Both the position numbers and the translations under genes were made by a program. A DNA stretch of 64,000 bases, from assembly GCF_006345805.1 (NCBI RefSeq), contig NW_021836300.1:1-64000 (forward strand), in the 5' to 3' direction. Numbering within the stretch: the stretch's first letter is position 1; each line of letters begins with the position of its first letter. Under the pieces are notes generated by a model. That model did not search any database and was not told the origin of the DNA. It saw nothing but the letters and a program-made list of their open reading frames with translations. This document shows, in pieces, positions 1-14,400 of the stretch. Origin of the DNA: Octopus sinensis. Its lineage: Eukaryota.

Positions 1-56
1 CGAAAGTTGATGAACAAACTAAATTTGTTTCTCCATTTTCTTATTTGCATTATATA

Positions 57-363
57 TCTCCTTATATATAAAACTGAAGTTGTGTGTGTGTCTGTCTACT
101 CCGATTTAGATTCCTCACTACTCCCACATTTTGCAGTGCAGTTTAACCAAAAGTGGGTATCTTATAGTCATGATTCATATCGAGCCCTTCTGGGTATTAG
201 CGTGCGTCTGCGATGAGTCTACGGTTTAAAAAAAAATTTACCATAATTTTTTCCGCATTTTTAATGCATTTTTGCTCAGTTTATATAAGGGAAGTAACTC
301 TCTAAAAATGCTTATATAGTTATTTCCCTTACAAACCCGAGCAACACCAGGCGATACTGCTAG
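57..363 (+). mobile_element. Non-autonomous Helitron
   Basis: A|TC start, CTAG|T end, subterminal GC-rich hairpin; homologous to six other copies in the window. Confidence 0.75.
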
Positions 364-479
364 TATATATCTATATATATGTATATAATGCTTATACATA
401 AAAATTATGCTAAACATGTACATACATATATTCGTGCATTTATGAATGTATGCATATATAATGTACATCCACTCATACA

Positions 480-1235
480 CACACACACTCATACACACAC
501 ACACACATATGTGTGTGTGTGTGTGAATGAGGAGTGTAACCTTCAATTACCATTTCATTCAAGAAGAAACATTGAGACGTCAATATTCACAAACATCCAC
601 AACCACAAACAGACACATATTTGTGAATATATACGTACACAAATACGCATGGTCTAACACACACACACACACACACACTCGTACACAGGCACACACACAC
701 ACACACACACATACTCGTACATGGGCACACACAGACACACTTGTACATGTGCTCACACATGTGCACACACACACACACACACTAGTACACATGCACACAC
801 TCGTACACGTGCACACACACACACACACACTAGTACACGTGCACACACACATTTGCACACACACACACACACTCGTACACGTGCACACACACATACTCGT
901 ACACGAGCACACACACACACTCATACATGTACACACACACCACACACTTGTACATGGGCACACACACACACACACACACACTCGTACATGGGCACACACA
1001 CACACACACACTCGTACATGGGCACACACATACACTTGTACACGTGCTCACACATGTGCACACACACACTAGTACACATGCACACACACACATGTGCACA
1101 AACACACACACACACACACTTGTACACATGCTCTCACACACACATGTGCACACACACACACAACACACTTGTACACATGCACACACAAGATGTGGCCAAC
1201 ACTCGTACACGTGCACACACACACACACACACACG
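480..1235. repeat. Compound (CA)n microsatellite field. Other large simple-repeat fields: 10290-10760 (GGT), 21580-21880, 33035-33435, 55240-55562, 61900-62640 (TA), 26300-27125 (CA/TACA), 47870-48480 (GA), 55935-56165 (GT), 63580-64000 (GAAT)
   Basis: Directly visible low-complexity tracts; they explain most of the supplied ORFs. Confidence 0.95.
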
Positions 1236-1291
1236 CACGTTCATGCACGCTTCCACATCCTTCCACACAGAACCTCGTGGTGGTGTCTTAC

Positions 1292-1564
1292 TCTGTAGTT
1301 CTACTTTGACGCTCCTGCTGGCACTGTCTTTATAACCGTTCGAGGCAGTACACCTGTACATCCCAGTCCTGTGGTGTGTAAGATGCGTGATGAACAGGGT
1401 CCCATTCTTGAAAATCTGGTAGTTGTCGTTGTTGTGCAGCTTCTTGCCCTCCCTAAACCACATGGTCCTAGGCTTAGGGATTCCGTGGGCTTGACAGGGT
1501 ATTGTCACTGATTGGTTAGCAGCGACCGTGTAGGTTTTCTGGTCCTCATTGATAGTTACCGGCA
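1292..1564 (-). CDS. Exon Ig2: complete Ig I-set domain ([21 protein letters not shown]...[11 protein letters not shown])
   Basis: tacattccAG acceptor, GTAAGA donor; 273 nt, phase 1-1; C...W...GxYxC pattern. Confidence 0.93.
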
Positions 1565-4500
1565 CTGGAATGTACAACCACACTGTGTATATCTGTGTAT
1601 ATATATGTCTACGTATGCATGTATGTTTCTGAAGCTCTACTGGTTGAATTTGACCTCAACTAGCCAATAACATACCAAGGATAACTTGAAACCAATAAGA
1701 GAAACTACTGAAGAAAGGAGAAAGAAATGGCTGGGTCGAGTGTTTGTTGCTGTAAACCGAACTCAGTTGTCAGAATCGCTTTGCAATGGGTTCCACAAGG
1801 TAAAACAAGACGTGGCCAACCAAAAGAAATGTGGTGGAGAACAATAACAAAAGACCTTAAAAGCAGAAGGGTTAACGATGAAACAAGCTGTCAAGGAGGC
1901 TTTCAGTGTTAGAAGGTGGAATGATCTTGTCGCCACCTCAAATGCACAATGAGAACCAAATGAATGGATGAAATGTGTGCTTTTGTATGCGTATGAGCTT
2001 ATAGGCGTAGGAGTGGCTGTGTGGTAAGTAGCTTGCTTGCCAACCACATGGTTCCGGGTTCAGTATCACTGCGTGGCACCTTGGGCAAATGTCTTCTAGT
2101 CTTGTGAGTGGATTTGGTAGACGGAAAATGAAAGAAGCCCGTCATATATATATGGAGTGGCTGTGTAGTAAGTAGCTTAATTATCAACCACATGGTTCCA
2201 GGTTCAGTCCCACTGCATGGCACCTTGGGCAAGTGTCTTCCACTGTAGCCTCGGTCCGACAAAAGCCTTGTCAGTGGATTTGGTAGATGGAAACTGAAAG
2301 AAGCCCATCATGTATATATATGGTGTGGCTGTGTGGTAAGTAGCTTGATTAACCAACCACATGGTTCCGGGTTCAGTCCCACTGTGTGGCACCTTGGGCA
2401 AGTGTCTTCTACTATAGCCTCGGGCCGACCAAAGCCTTGTGAGTGGATTTGGTAGACGGAAACTGAAACATATATGTGTATGTGTGTGTTTGTCCCCCCA
2501 ACATCACTTGACAACCGATGCTGGTGTGTTTACGTCCCTGTAACTTAGTGGTTTGGCAAAAGAAACCGATAGAATAAGTACTAGGCTTACAAAGAATAAG
2601 TCCTGGGGTCGATTTGCTTGACTAAAGGCGGTGCTCCAGCATGGCCACAGTCACATGACTGAAACAAGTAAAAGAATAAAAGAATGTCTGTGTGTATCTA
2701 TGTGTGTAGGGGTGTGTGTGTGTGGGGGGGTTTGTGAGTCATTTGCTGAGGAGTTTCCAGGATTTGAAACAAAGTCCTTTTGGCAGGGAAAAGGGGCAAA
2801 AAAAAAATATATATATATCCTTTTGCTTATGTTTCGTTGATTGAGAGCTCGGACAGAATGGAGAATGATTAGGAAATGGCAACAGAATTAGTAGCTGGGC
2901 ATGCGTGGAAGTGTTGGAAGTATTCAGAGAGAGAGAGAGAGAGAGAGAGAAAATTGGTTGGGATTCGGAGTAAAAGAGGGAGAGAGAGCAAGAGAACTTT
3001 GGGAAGACAGAGAGACAGAAAGAATAAGAGCAATAAGAAATACCTTAGGAATGAGAACTCAGGTTCGAAATTTATTATTATTATTATTATTACTATTATT
3101 ATTATTATTATTCAGCCATTTGCCTGACTGGCCATTTGCCAGACTCGTCTGGCACCACCATCCGTTCATGGCCGTTGCCAGCGCCGCCTCGACTGGCACG
3201 TAAAAAGCACCATCCATCCGTGGCTGTTTGCCAGCTCCGTCTGGCACCTGAGCGGGTGGCACGTAAAAAGCACCCACTACACTCACAGAGTGGTTGGCAT
3301 TAGGAAGGGCATCCAGCCGTAGAAACACTGCCAGATCAGACTGGAGCCTGATGCAGCCTTCTGGCTTCCCAGACCCCAGTTGAACTGTCAAATCCATGCC
3401 AGCATGGAAAGCGGACGTTAAACAACCGATAGTGGTGTGTTTATGTCCCCCGTAACTTAGCGGTTCAGCAAAAGAGACCAATAGAATAAGTACTGGGCTT
3501 ACAAAGAATAAGTCCTGGGGTCAATTTACTCGACTAAAAGGCGGTGCTCTAGCATGGCCACAGTCAAATGACTGAAACAAGTGAAAGAGTAAAAGAGGGT
3601 AAACAGGACAAAGGTATCATGTTTTGTATTCTGGTGGTCATGAAGAAAGCTAAACAGTGACAAATGGCCTGTGAGAGCCAAGGAAGACATGGACAGGGAT
3701 GTTATCAGCATTTAATCAAGAATTTAGCATGCAGGCTACGGGCCACAGCGGAAGAGCTCACAACTGAGGGACTTCTGTGGGAACTTCTTTTTCCTTGTAA
3801 TCAGGTCCTTATGACTGAATGTGTTGAAGAATTGGAGGAAGAATTTCAAAGACAAAAGTAAGGTTTAGAATTGAGAAACCTCAAAATAAGGTGAAAGGTT
3901 TTAGTCAGAGTGAAGGAAGAGAAGATTCTTATTCCTTTATTGCCCACAAGGGGCTAAATAGAGAGGGGACAAACAAGGACAGACAAAGGGATTAAGTCGA
4001 TTACATCGACCCCAGTGCGTAACTGGTACTTAATTTATCGACCCCGAAAGGATGAAAGGCAAAATTGACCTCGGCGGAGTTTGAAGTCAGAATGTAACGG
4101 CAGATGAAATGCCTATTTCTTTACTACCCACAAGGGGCTAAACACAGAGGGGACACACAGGGACAGAAAAACAGATTAAGTCGATTACATCGACCCCAGT
4201 ACGTAACTGGTACTTAATTTATCGATCCCGAAAGGATGAAAGGCAAAGTCGACCTCGGCGGAATTTGAACTCAGAACGTAACGGCAGAAGAAATACCTTT
4301 AAGCACTTCGCCCAGCATGCTAATGTTTCTGCTAGCTTGCCGCCTTTCCACCAACCCTAATCCTGTCAATCCAACACCTTACCATTAACTATAATAACCC
4401 TTTATACTGTAGGCACAAGGGCTGAAATTTTTTGGGAATGGACCAATTGATTGCATTGACCCCCCACAAGTACTCAACTGGTACTTAATTTATGAACCCC

Positions 4501-7500
4501 GAAAGGATGAATGGCAAAGTCGACCTCGGCGGAATTTGAACTCAGAATGTAACGGCAGACGAAATACCGTTAAGCACTTCGCCCGGCTTGCTAATGTTTC
4601 TGCCAGCTCGTCAGCAGAGAAGATTTTCGCTGGCGAGCAGGAAGGGGCCATGCTCAATATGCAGAAAGTGAAAAGGCAGCAACCGGATAGCCAAAATAAA
4701 CTATGGGTGCACAGAAGGAGCAACAGAATGAAAAGCAGGTTGATAAAAAAGAAAGATTTTGTATGAAACAAGTGCAGAGGAGTAGTTAAAAGTAAGAGGT
4801 GTTACCTCAGTTGGCAACGAAGAGATACTCTGTTTGAACGAAAGAGCAGACTGTACGATGCTTGTGTACGAGGTGCAACATTGCATGTTAGAAAATCATG
4901 AGCATTGAATGGAGAAATATAGTATTAGCGTGCATGAACGATGGAGCAGTCACGAGTTAAGCCAGAAGAGATATAGGTACGAAAGGATTCAAATGTGATG
5001 TGCGAGACGAGAGGAGTTTGCACTGTTGTAAAGATGCGATGCACTTGGAGGTTGAGGGTTGAGGACAGAAGTTCCATGGAGAAGGAACCAGCGGAAAAGG
5101 AAGAGACAGAAAGAAGTCGGAAGAGGCAAAGATAACAGAAAGATCACAAGTGGCGGAGATGTCATGCTCATCCCATACGAGCAAATAAAATCTGATGTGA
5201 AAATGTTGACGATGGTGATAATGAAGATGATAACGATGATAGTTTGACCTATGGAAATAAATAAAAAATTTAGTGACTTGTAACATGTATGCATGTAAAC
5301 AAACATAAACATTTATATATATATATAAAACACAGAAGAAAATACAGTAATCTCTCAACTATTGAAGGTGTGATGTTTCAAATCACCCCTGCGATAGGTG
5401 AAAATCCACAAAGTAGAAACAGTACTGTACTGTATATTTTTTAAAATTATTTTTATAATTTGTATATATTTTTTTACGGAGATGTACTTGCATAGCAAGT
5501 GACCTGATCTGAGATCGTGTGCTGGAACGAAAACAGTTGCAGCGTGGAAGGTGCTTATAAGCCATTTAAGAAACATACAAAATCCGTTAGATTCACTTCA
5601 ACATTAAAATTTAATTTGCCATTATATCTATATATATATAAAACTCTAGTTGTGTGAGTGTCTGTCCCCTTCGATTTAGATTCCTAACTACTCCGACATT
5701 TTGCGATGCAGTTTAACCAAAACCGGGTATCTTATAGTCGTGATTAATATCGAGCCCTTCTGGCTATTAGCGTGCGTCTACGATGAGTCTACGAATTTAA
5801 AAATAATTTAACATCATTTTTTATTCCATTTTAATGCATAATTTTTCGTGTGTCGATGGCGGCGGAGTTGGCGTCCATGGTCACACCTGCACCTGTTTGC
5901 TTCTCCCCCTTCTTCCCTCCCTCGTGCAGCTGTGGGGAAGGGAGTGTAAGGAAATCAACGTCGTAAAGTGTTGTCAAGGAGACCAGCGTTCTTTTAGAAC
6001 AATGACTTCATGGCTTGAAGACACCAAAACAGAAATGGCTAAGAAAGCCCGAATTGGCATCTATAAGGGAAGTAACTCTCTAAAAATGCTTATATAGTTA
6101 TTTCCCTTACAAACCCGAGCAACGCCGGGCGATACTGCTAGTAATTATATAATTATATAATTATATAATTATATAATGTAGTCAGAGATACTTTATGACC
6201 TAACTTAAAACAGGATCTTATGGCTGGAACATCTTTGATCATTGATCTGTTCTGACCTTGGGCTAAACAACAAGGCAGGATACCTTAGATAATGAAATCT
6301 CAGATACACTATGTATGGATAAAAGACAGGATGGTCACAGCTGGAACTTCTTTGATCATAGGTCTCCTGGAACAGGACTGACCTGGGGCTAAACAACAAC
6401 AAAAAAGAAGAGCACATTAGATAATGTAGTCCTAGATAGACTATGTCTATATAAAAGGCAGGATGGTCACAGTTGGAACTTCTTTGATCATAGGTCTCCT
6501 GGAACAGGACTGACCTGGGGCTAAACAACAACAACAAAGAAGAGCACATTAGATAATGTAGTCCTAGATAGACTATGTCTATATAAAAGGCAGGATGGTC
6601 ACAGCTGGAATGCCTTTGATCATAGGTCTCCTGGAACAGGACTGACCTGGGGCTAAACAACAGCAACAACAAAGAAGAGCACATTAGATAATGTAGTCCT
6701 AGATAGACTATGTCTATATAAAAGGCAGGATGGTCACAGCTGCAACTTCTTTGATCATAGGTCTCCTGGAACAGGACTGACCTGGGGCTAAACAACAACA
6801 ACAAAGAAGAGCACATTAGATAATGTAGTCCTAGATAGACTATGTCTATATAAAAGGCAGGATGGTCACAGCTGCAACTTCTTTGATCATAGGTCTCCTG
6901 GAACAGGACTGACCTGGGGCTAAACAACAACAACAAAGAAGAGCACATTAGATAATGTAGTCCTAGATAGACTATGTCTATATAAAAGGCAGGATGGTCA
7001 CAGTTGGAATGCCTTTGATCATAGGTCTCCTGGAACAGGACACTGACCTGGGGCTAAACAACAGCAACAACAAAGAAGAGCACATTAGATAATGTTGTCC
7101 TAGATAGACTATGTCTATATAAAAGGCAGGATGGTCACAGCTGCAACTTCTTTGATCATAGGTCTCCTGGAACAGGACTGACCTGGGGCTAAACAACAAC
7201 AACAACAAAGAAGAGCCCATTAGATAATGAAGTCATGGATAGACTATGTCCAAAGAAAAGGCAGGATGGTCACAGTTGGAATGCCTTTGATTATAGGTCT
7301 CCTGGAACAGGACTGACCTGGGGCTAAACAACAACAACAAAGAAGAGCACATTAGATAATGTAGTCCTAGATAGACTATGTCTATATAAAAGGCAGGATG
7401 GTCACAGTTGGAATGCCTTTGATCATAGGTCTCCTGGAACAGGACACTGACCTGGGGCTAAACAACAGCAACAACAAAGAAGAGCACATTAGATAATGTT

Positions 7501-8999
7501 GTCCTAGATAGACTATGTCCAAAGAAAAGGCAGGATGGTCACAGTTGGAATGCCTTTGATCATAGGACTCCTGGAACAGGACTGACCTGGGGCTAAACAG
7601 CAACAACAAAGAAGAGCACATTAGATAATGTAGTCCTAGATAGACTATGTCTATATAAAAGGCAGGATGGTCACAGTTGGAACTTCTTTGATCATAGGTC
7701 TCCTGGAACAGGACACTGACCTGGGGCTAAACAACAGCAACAACAAAGAAGAGCACATTAGATAATGTAGTCCTAGATAGACTATGTCTATATAAAAGGC
7801 AGGATGGTCACAGCTGCAACTTCTTTGATCATAGGTCTCCTGGAACAGGACTGACCTGGGGCTAAACAACAGCAACAACAAAGAAGAGCCCATTAGATAA
7901 TGTAGTCCTGGATAGACTATGTCCAAAGAAAAGGCAGGATGGTCACAGTTGGAATGCCTTTGATCATAGGTCTCCTGGAACAGGACACTGACCTGGGGCT
8001 AAACAACAGCAACAACAAAGAAGAGCACATTAGATAATGTAGTCCTAGATAGACTATGTCTATATAAAAGGCAGGGTGGTCACAGCTGGAACTTCTTTGA
8101 TCATAGGTCTCCTGGAACAGGACTGACCTGGGGCTAAACAACAACAAAGAAGAGCACATTAGATAATGTAGTCCTAGATAGACTATGTCTATATAAAAGG
8201 CAGGATGGTCACAGTTGGAATGCCTTTGATCATAGGTCTCCTGGAACAGGACTGACCTGGGGCTAAACAACAACAACAAACAAGAGCACATTAGATAATG
8301 TAGTCCTGGATAGACTATGTCTGCTTACCTTTGATATTCAGTTGATACCTTTCCAAAGGTGTGTCTGTGATGTCATCGTTCCGTCGACAGGTATATAAAC
8401 CAACATCTTTGTAGTCCACATCGTGGATGACCAATTCCCATCCTCGAATATCATGTCGGTTGTCTGGGAAGATGTCTTTGCTGAAGAACAGAGAGAGAGA
8501 GAGAAAGGAGGAGGGATAGAACAAGGTATAAACCACATTTTAAGGTGCATAAGGAACCCCTTTTTTTGCCAAAAATTAGGTTAAAAGAATATACTCTTTA
8601 CTCTTTTACTTGTTTCAGTCATTTGACTGCGGCCGTGCTGGAGCACCGCCTTTAATCGAGCAACTCGACCCCGGGACTTATTCTTTTGTAAGCCCAGTAC
8701 TTATTCTATCGGTCTCCTTTGTCGAACCGCTAAGTAACGGGGACATAAACACACCAGCATCGGTTGTCAAGCAATGCTGGGGGAACAAACACACACAGAC
8801 ACACAAACATATATATATATTATATACACATATATACGATGGGCTTCTTTCAGTTTCCGTCTACCAAATCCACTCACAAGGCTTTGGTTGGCCCGAGGCT
8901 ATAGTAGAAGACACTTGCCCAAGGTGCCACGCAGTGGGACTGAACCCGGAACCATGTGGTTGATAAGCAAGCTACTTACCACACAGCTACTCCTGCCCC

Positions 9000-9039
<40 letters not shown>

Positions 9040-11435
9040 ATATATACATATATACGACGGGCTTCTTTCAGTTTCCATCTACCAAATCCACTCACAAGGC
9101 TTTGGTCAGCCCGAGGCTATAGTAGAAGACACTTGCCCAAGGTGCTACGCAGTGGAACTGAACCCGGAACCATGTGGTTGGGCAGCAAGCTACTTAGCAC
9201 ACAGCCACTCCTGCGCCTATGGGAGTTTCTTATACATGGATAGTATTATAATCCCTTAAATAAATAATAAATGTGCCTTTTTAAAGCCTAGCCAGGCTCA
9301 TGGGCCCGGTTTCCCGGTTTCTATGGCGTATGTGTTCCCCAGATGGACGGGACGCCAGTCCATCGCAGCGTTACTCATTTTTGCCAGCTGAGTGAACTGG
9401 AGCAATGTGAAATGAAGTGTTTTGCTCAAGAACACAACACGTCGCCCGGTCCAGGAATCGAAACCACAATCTTACGATCATGATGCTGACACCCTAACCA
9501 CTAAGCCATGCACCTCCACTTTATAATCCTTTAGAAAACCGTTTTTCCAAAATTTTAACCTCACAAAATTGGTGGGGCTTCCATATACACGAGGGTTTTT
9601 TATACATGTTAAAATACAGTAATTATTATTTTCGTTATGTACCTATGTGTATTTAGCAATTAAGTGGTTCGTTAAAAGGAGAGACAAGGCAAAAGAGGGG
9701 AGGGGGTAAAACGAAGTACAATGCTATTCTGCTTATGTTACCTATCAATGTTATTTCTTTATTGCCCACAAGGGGCTAAACACAGAAGGGACAAACAAGG
9801 ACAAAGGGATTAAGTTGATTACATCGACCCCAGTGCGTAACTGGTACTTATTTAATCAATGGCACTGACAGCTGGAAGGGTGTCCACTACAAGTGTCCAC
9901 CTTAAAAGTGACCACTCACCCATTATGACTCCATGTGACAGAATATCCGACGGCTTCTCCGCACTGCAAGACCACCTTCTTCTTGAGATCGACTCCAAGC
10001 TTTATGATGTTGTTGGTCGGGGTCACAGTAAGGAACGGGGGCAGAGTGAAAACAGTCGGGGGCCGCATCTCGGGCCCGGATTTCACTCGGCAGGATGCCA
10101 AGCATTCCAGTTCAGTGTGGAACCGGTTGCCGTTGCCGCCGCAGCCAGAGTAGAAGAACTGGTCGCACTGTTCCTTGACGTGGTCATAGTACCACATTCG
10201 ACGGATGTCCTGACACGAGCCCGTCGTTGCCGGCAACTTGCATTTCATTGGCTGTTTGACGGAGATTGCTGTAATTAATGGTAATGAGACAGATGTATAG
10301 ATAATGGTAGTGGTGTTGGTGGCGACGGCAGTGGTGGTGGGGGCGATGATAGCGGTGGAGGCAGTGGTGATGGTGTGATAATAATGGTGGGGTGATGACT
10401 GTGGTGGAGGTGGTGATGGTGGGGTGGTGGAGGCAATGGTAGTGGTGATGATGATGGTGGTGTGATAATAATGGTGGTGCTGGTGCAGTGATGATGGCGG
10501 TGGAGGTTCAATGATGGTGGTGGTGGTGATGTGATGGTGGTGGTTGGAGTTATGCAACAACAGCAGTGGTAATGGAGGTCAGTGCATTGGTGGTGGTGGT
10601 GGTGGTGGTGGTGGTGGTGGTGGTGGTGGTGGTGGTGGTGGTGGTGGTGGTGGTGGTGGTGGTGGTGGTGGTAGTGGTGGTGGTTGTTGCATTGTCAGAA
10701 GTGATATGATAGTCATCACTGCATGCTCACAACAGTGGTGGTGGCCATCATAATGGTAGTGGGATAAGTCTGATGGAAGAATGAAGGCATAAAAACAAGC
10801 AAATGAAAAACGATTGAAAATGATTGAAAAATTTGAAAAAAGAATTAAAAATTTGAAAAATGAATAAAAAAAACTGAAAAAGGAATGAAAAATGATTGCA
10901 AAATGAATGAAAAACGATTGAAAATGATTGAAAAATTGAAAAAAAAAAAAACTGAAAAATGAATGAAAACCTATTGAAAAATGAATGAAAAATTTGAAAA
11001 AAGAATTAAAAAAACTGAAAAATGAATGAAAACTTATTGAAAAATGAATGAAAAACGATTGAAAAATGAATGAAAAAACTGAAAACTGAATGAAAAACAA
11101 TTGAAAATCTGCTGCACACTTACGTCCTGGGATTACTGGACCTGTATGGTTTCTTGGAGTTGTAGCATTTGGGCCACACAAATTATAACAAGCTCCCATG
11201 GTAGGGAAACGGTTGGCATTACCACCACACCCTCCATACACAAACTTCCGGCATTTCTTCATGTTCGAGTCGTAGAAATAGGCAGTGCTGTATGCATAGC
11301 AGATTCCAGAATCTTCCGGAAGGCGGCAGATATCTGTAGAAAAGACCATTGTAAATTTTTTTTGTGTAAATTTGAACTACACACACACACACACATACAC
11401 ACAAGAAGATGGAAGATGGAAAATAGCTGTAATAT

Positions 11436-11469
<34 letters not shown>

Positions 11470-14400
11470 AATTATTGTATACAGTGCTGAGGTGCACCAC
11501 AACTTGTCAGAAAGTGCATATAAAGCATATGCAGTAATGTACAAATGTCTGGGAAGTGAACAATGTATGAGTCAGATACATGCTGGTGTGTGTATGGAGG
11601 GGAGAAAATCAGGTGTAGTGTTGGCGAATCTCAGGAAGCATGGAAGTTTTGAAGGATGCAGTGCTCCGACAACTAACAACTAATGCCGGCAGTTTGTTCC
11701 ATGCTTCAGCGTGTGTATGGAGGGGAGAAAATCAGGTGTAGTGTTGGCGAATCTCAGGAAGCATGGAAGTTTTGAAGGATGCAGTGCTCCGACAATTAAC
11801 AACTGATGCCGGCAGTTTGTTCCATGCTTCAGCAACTCTTAGCATGAAAAAATGTTTCCTCAAGTCATGGGAGCTGTGTTGTTTTCTGACTTTGTAAATA
11901 TGTCCACAGGTGTTAGATGGGTGGAGTTTGAAGAGATGCTCAGAGTTATTGTTTGTGTGATGGTTGATAATTTTATGGGTGTCTGCCAAGTCAGCTGCCA
12001 GACGTCGGAGTTTCAATGTGTCCATGCCCCGGGAAGTAAGGCGTTCAGGATATGGCAAATGCCTGATGAAGGGTATTCTTTTGGTTGCGCTGTATCTGCT
12101 GTAAATTGTATAACTGTGCTAACCCCTGCACCAAAGTGACATTACAGCTTTAACCATCCATATAGGCGTAGGAGTGGCTGTGTGGTAAGTAGTGGGCGGC
12201 GAGCTGGCAGAATCGTTAGCATGCCGGATGAAATGTGTAGCCGTATTTCGTCTGCCGTTACGTTCTGAGTTCAAATTCCGCCAAGGTTGACTTTGCCTTA
12301 CATCCTTTCGGGGTCGATAAATTAAGTACCAGTTACGCACTGGGGTCGATGTAATCGACTTAATCCCTTTGTCTGTCCTTGTTTGTCCCCTCTGTGTTTA
12401 GCCCCTTGTGGGTAGTAAAGAAATATGTGTGGTAAGTAGCTTGCTTACCAACAACATGGTTCTGGGTTCAGTCCCACTGCGTGGCACCTTGGGCAAGTGT
12501 CTTCTACTATAGCCTCGGGCCGACCAAAGCCTTGTGCATGGATTTGGTAGATGGAAACTGAAAGAAGTCCGTCGTATATATGTATATATATATATATGTG
12601 TGTGCGTGTATGTTTGTGTGTCTGTGTTTGTTCCCCTAGCATTGCTTGACAACCGATGCTGGTGTGTTTATGTCCCCGTCACTTAGCGGTTCGGCAAAAG
12701 AGACCGATAGAATAAGTATTGGGGTTACAAAAGAATACGTCCCGGGGCCGAGTTGCTCGATTAAAGGTGGTGCTCCAGCATGGCCGTAGTCAAATGACTG
12801 AAACAAGTAAAAGAGAAAAGAGAGAGAGAGATGTCAACTCACCCTTCTTGTTGCACGTGGCTTCACACTCGTGCTTCATCCTGAACCTGTTCTTGTTGCC
12901 TTCACAGCCTCCGTAGAGAAATTTCATGCATTGACCAACCGACATATCGTAATACCATGACGGAATTGCGCCCTTGCAGGAGCCAATCTTCTTGGCGAAA
13001 TGGCACACATCTTTAGCGGATTCTCCTGAAATGAAATTCATGAAATCTATATATATAAAACTGTAGTTGTGTGAGTGTCTGTCCCCTTCGATTTAGATTC
13101 CTAACTACTCCCACATTTTGCGGTGCAGTTTAACCAAATTCGGGTATCTTATAGTCGTGATTCATATCGAGCCCGTCTGGCTATTAGCGCGCGTCTACGA
13201 TGAGTCTACGACTTTAAAAATAATTTTACATAATTTTTTATTCCATTTTAATGCATAATTTTTCGTGTGTCGATGGCGGCGGAGTTGGCGTCCATGGTCA
13301 CACCTGCACCTGTTTGCTTCTCCCCCTTCTTCCCTCCCTCGTGAAGCTGTGGGGAAGGGAGTGTAAGGAAATCAACGTCGTAAAGCGTTGTCAAGGAGAC
13401 CAGCGTTCTTTTAGAACAACGACATCATGGCTTGAAGACACCAAAACAGAAATGGCTAAGAAAGCCCGAATTGGCATCTATAAGGGAAGTAACTCTCTAA
13501 AAATGCTTATATAGTTATTTCCTTTACAAACCTGAGCAACGCCGGGTGATACTGCTAGTAAAGTATAGAAGTGTAGCCAGCCGTGGAATGAGATGATCAA
13601 TGCAGCTATTTGGATGCTGAAAACAGAGAATATATTGAAGCTTTCTACCCCTATAACTTCTGTTTAAAGTACCCAGGGACTAGGTGGTCTTGTTTAATCA
13701 GGGAATAGATTTTACCTCTCTACTCAAGCAGACTCTGCTAAAAGCACCCAGGAACTAGATGGCTTTGATAAAATAGGGAATATATTAAGGCTCCCTACCC
13801 TTGTAGCCTCTGTTCAAAGTACCCAGGAACTAGATGGCTTTGATAAAACAGGGAACAAATTAAGGCTCCTTACTCGTGTAGCCTCTGTTCAAAGCACCCA
13901 GGAACTAGATGGCTTTGATAAAACAGGGAACAAATTAAGGCTCCTTACCCGTGTAGCTTCTGTTCAAAGTACCCAGGAACTAGATGGCTTTGATAAAACA
14001 GGGAACAAATTAAGGCTCCTTACCCGTGTAGCTTCTGTTCAAAGTACCCAGGAACTAGATGGCTTTGATAAAACAGGGAACAAATTAAGGCTCCTTACCC
14101 GTGTAGCTTCTGTTCAAAGTACCCAGGAACTAGATGGCTTTGATAAAACAGGGAACAAATTAAGGCTCCTTACCCGTGTAGCTTCTGTTCAAAGCACCCA
14201 GGAACTAGATGGCTTTGATAAAACAGGGATTATATTAAGGCTCCCTAGTCTTGTAGCTTCTGTTCAAAGCACTCAGGGACTAGGTGGTCTTGTTAAACTA
14301 GGCCTCATATTAAGCCCATTGATCTAGGGGACTTAGCTAAATCTATCCAAAGACCACAAAGTGCTGGAATGAAGCCGAGGATCAGGCTAAGTTCACCACA

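Noticed and set aside
379-1335. Long His/Thr- and Cys/Val-rich ORFs (also 21503-21912, 26394-27103, 32965-33490, 47888-48504, 55216-56296, 62119-62409)
   Set aside because: Translations of CA/TA/GA microsatellites that lack stop codons; no coding signal.
5834-6097. Near-identical 87-aa ORFs at 5834 and 13251
   Set aside because: Both lie inside copies of the same non-autonomous Helitron; identity reflects repeat homology.
6205-8320. CRISPR-like appearance of regular repeats (also 13666-14300, 44785-45570)
   Set aside because: Units are contiguous with no unique spacers, there are no cas genes, and the context is a eukaryotic intron.
10269-10560. In-frame His/Thr/Pro-rich extension upstream of the K14 exon
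   Set aside because: It is a CAC/ACC trinucleotide tract that is open by composition, and a good acceptor exists at 10270-10269. An alternative upstream acceptor is not excluded but is unsupported.
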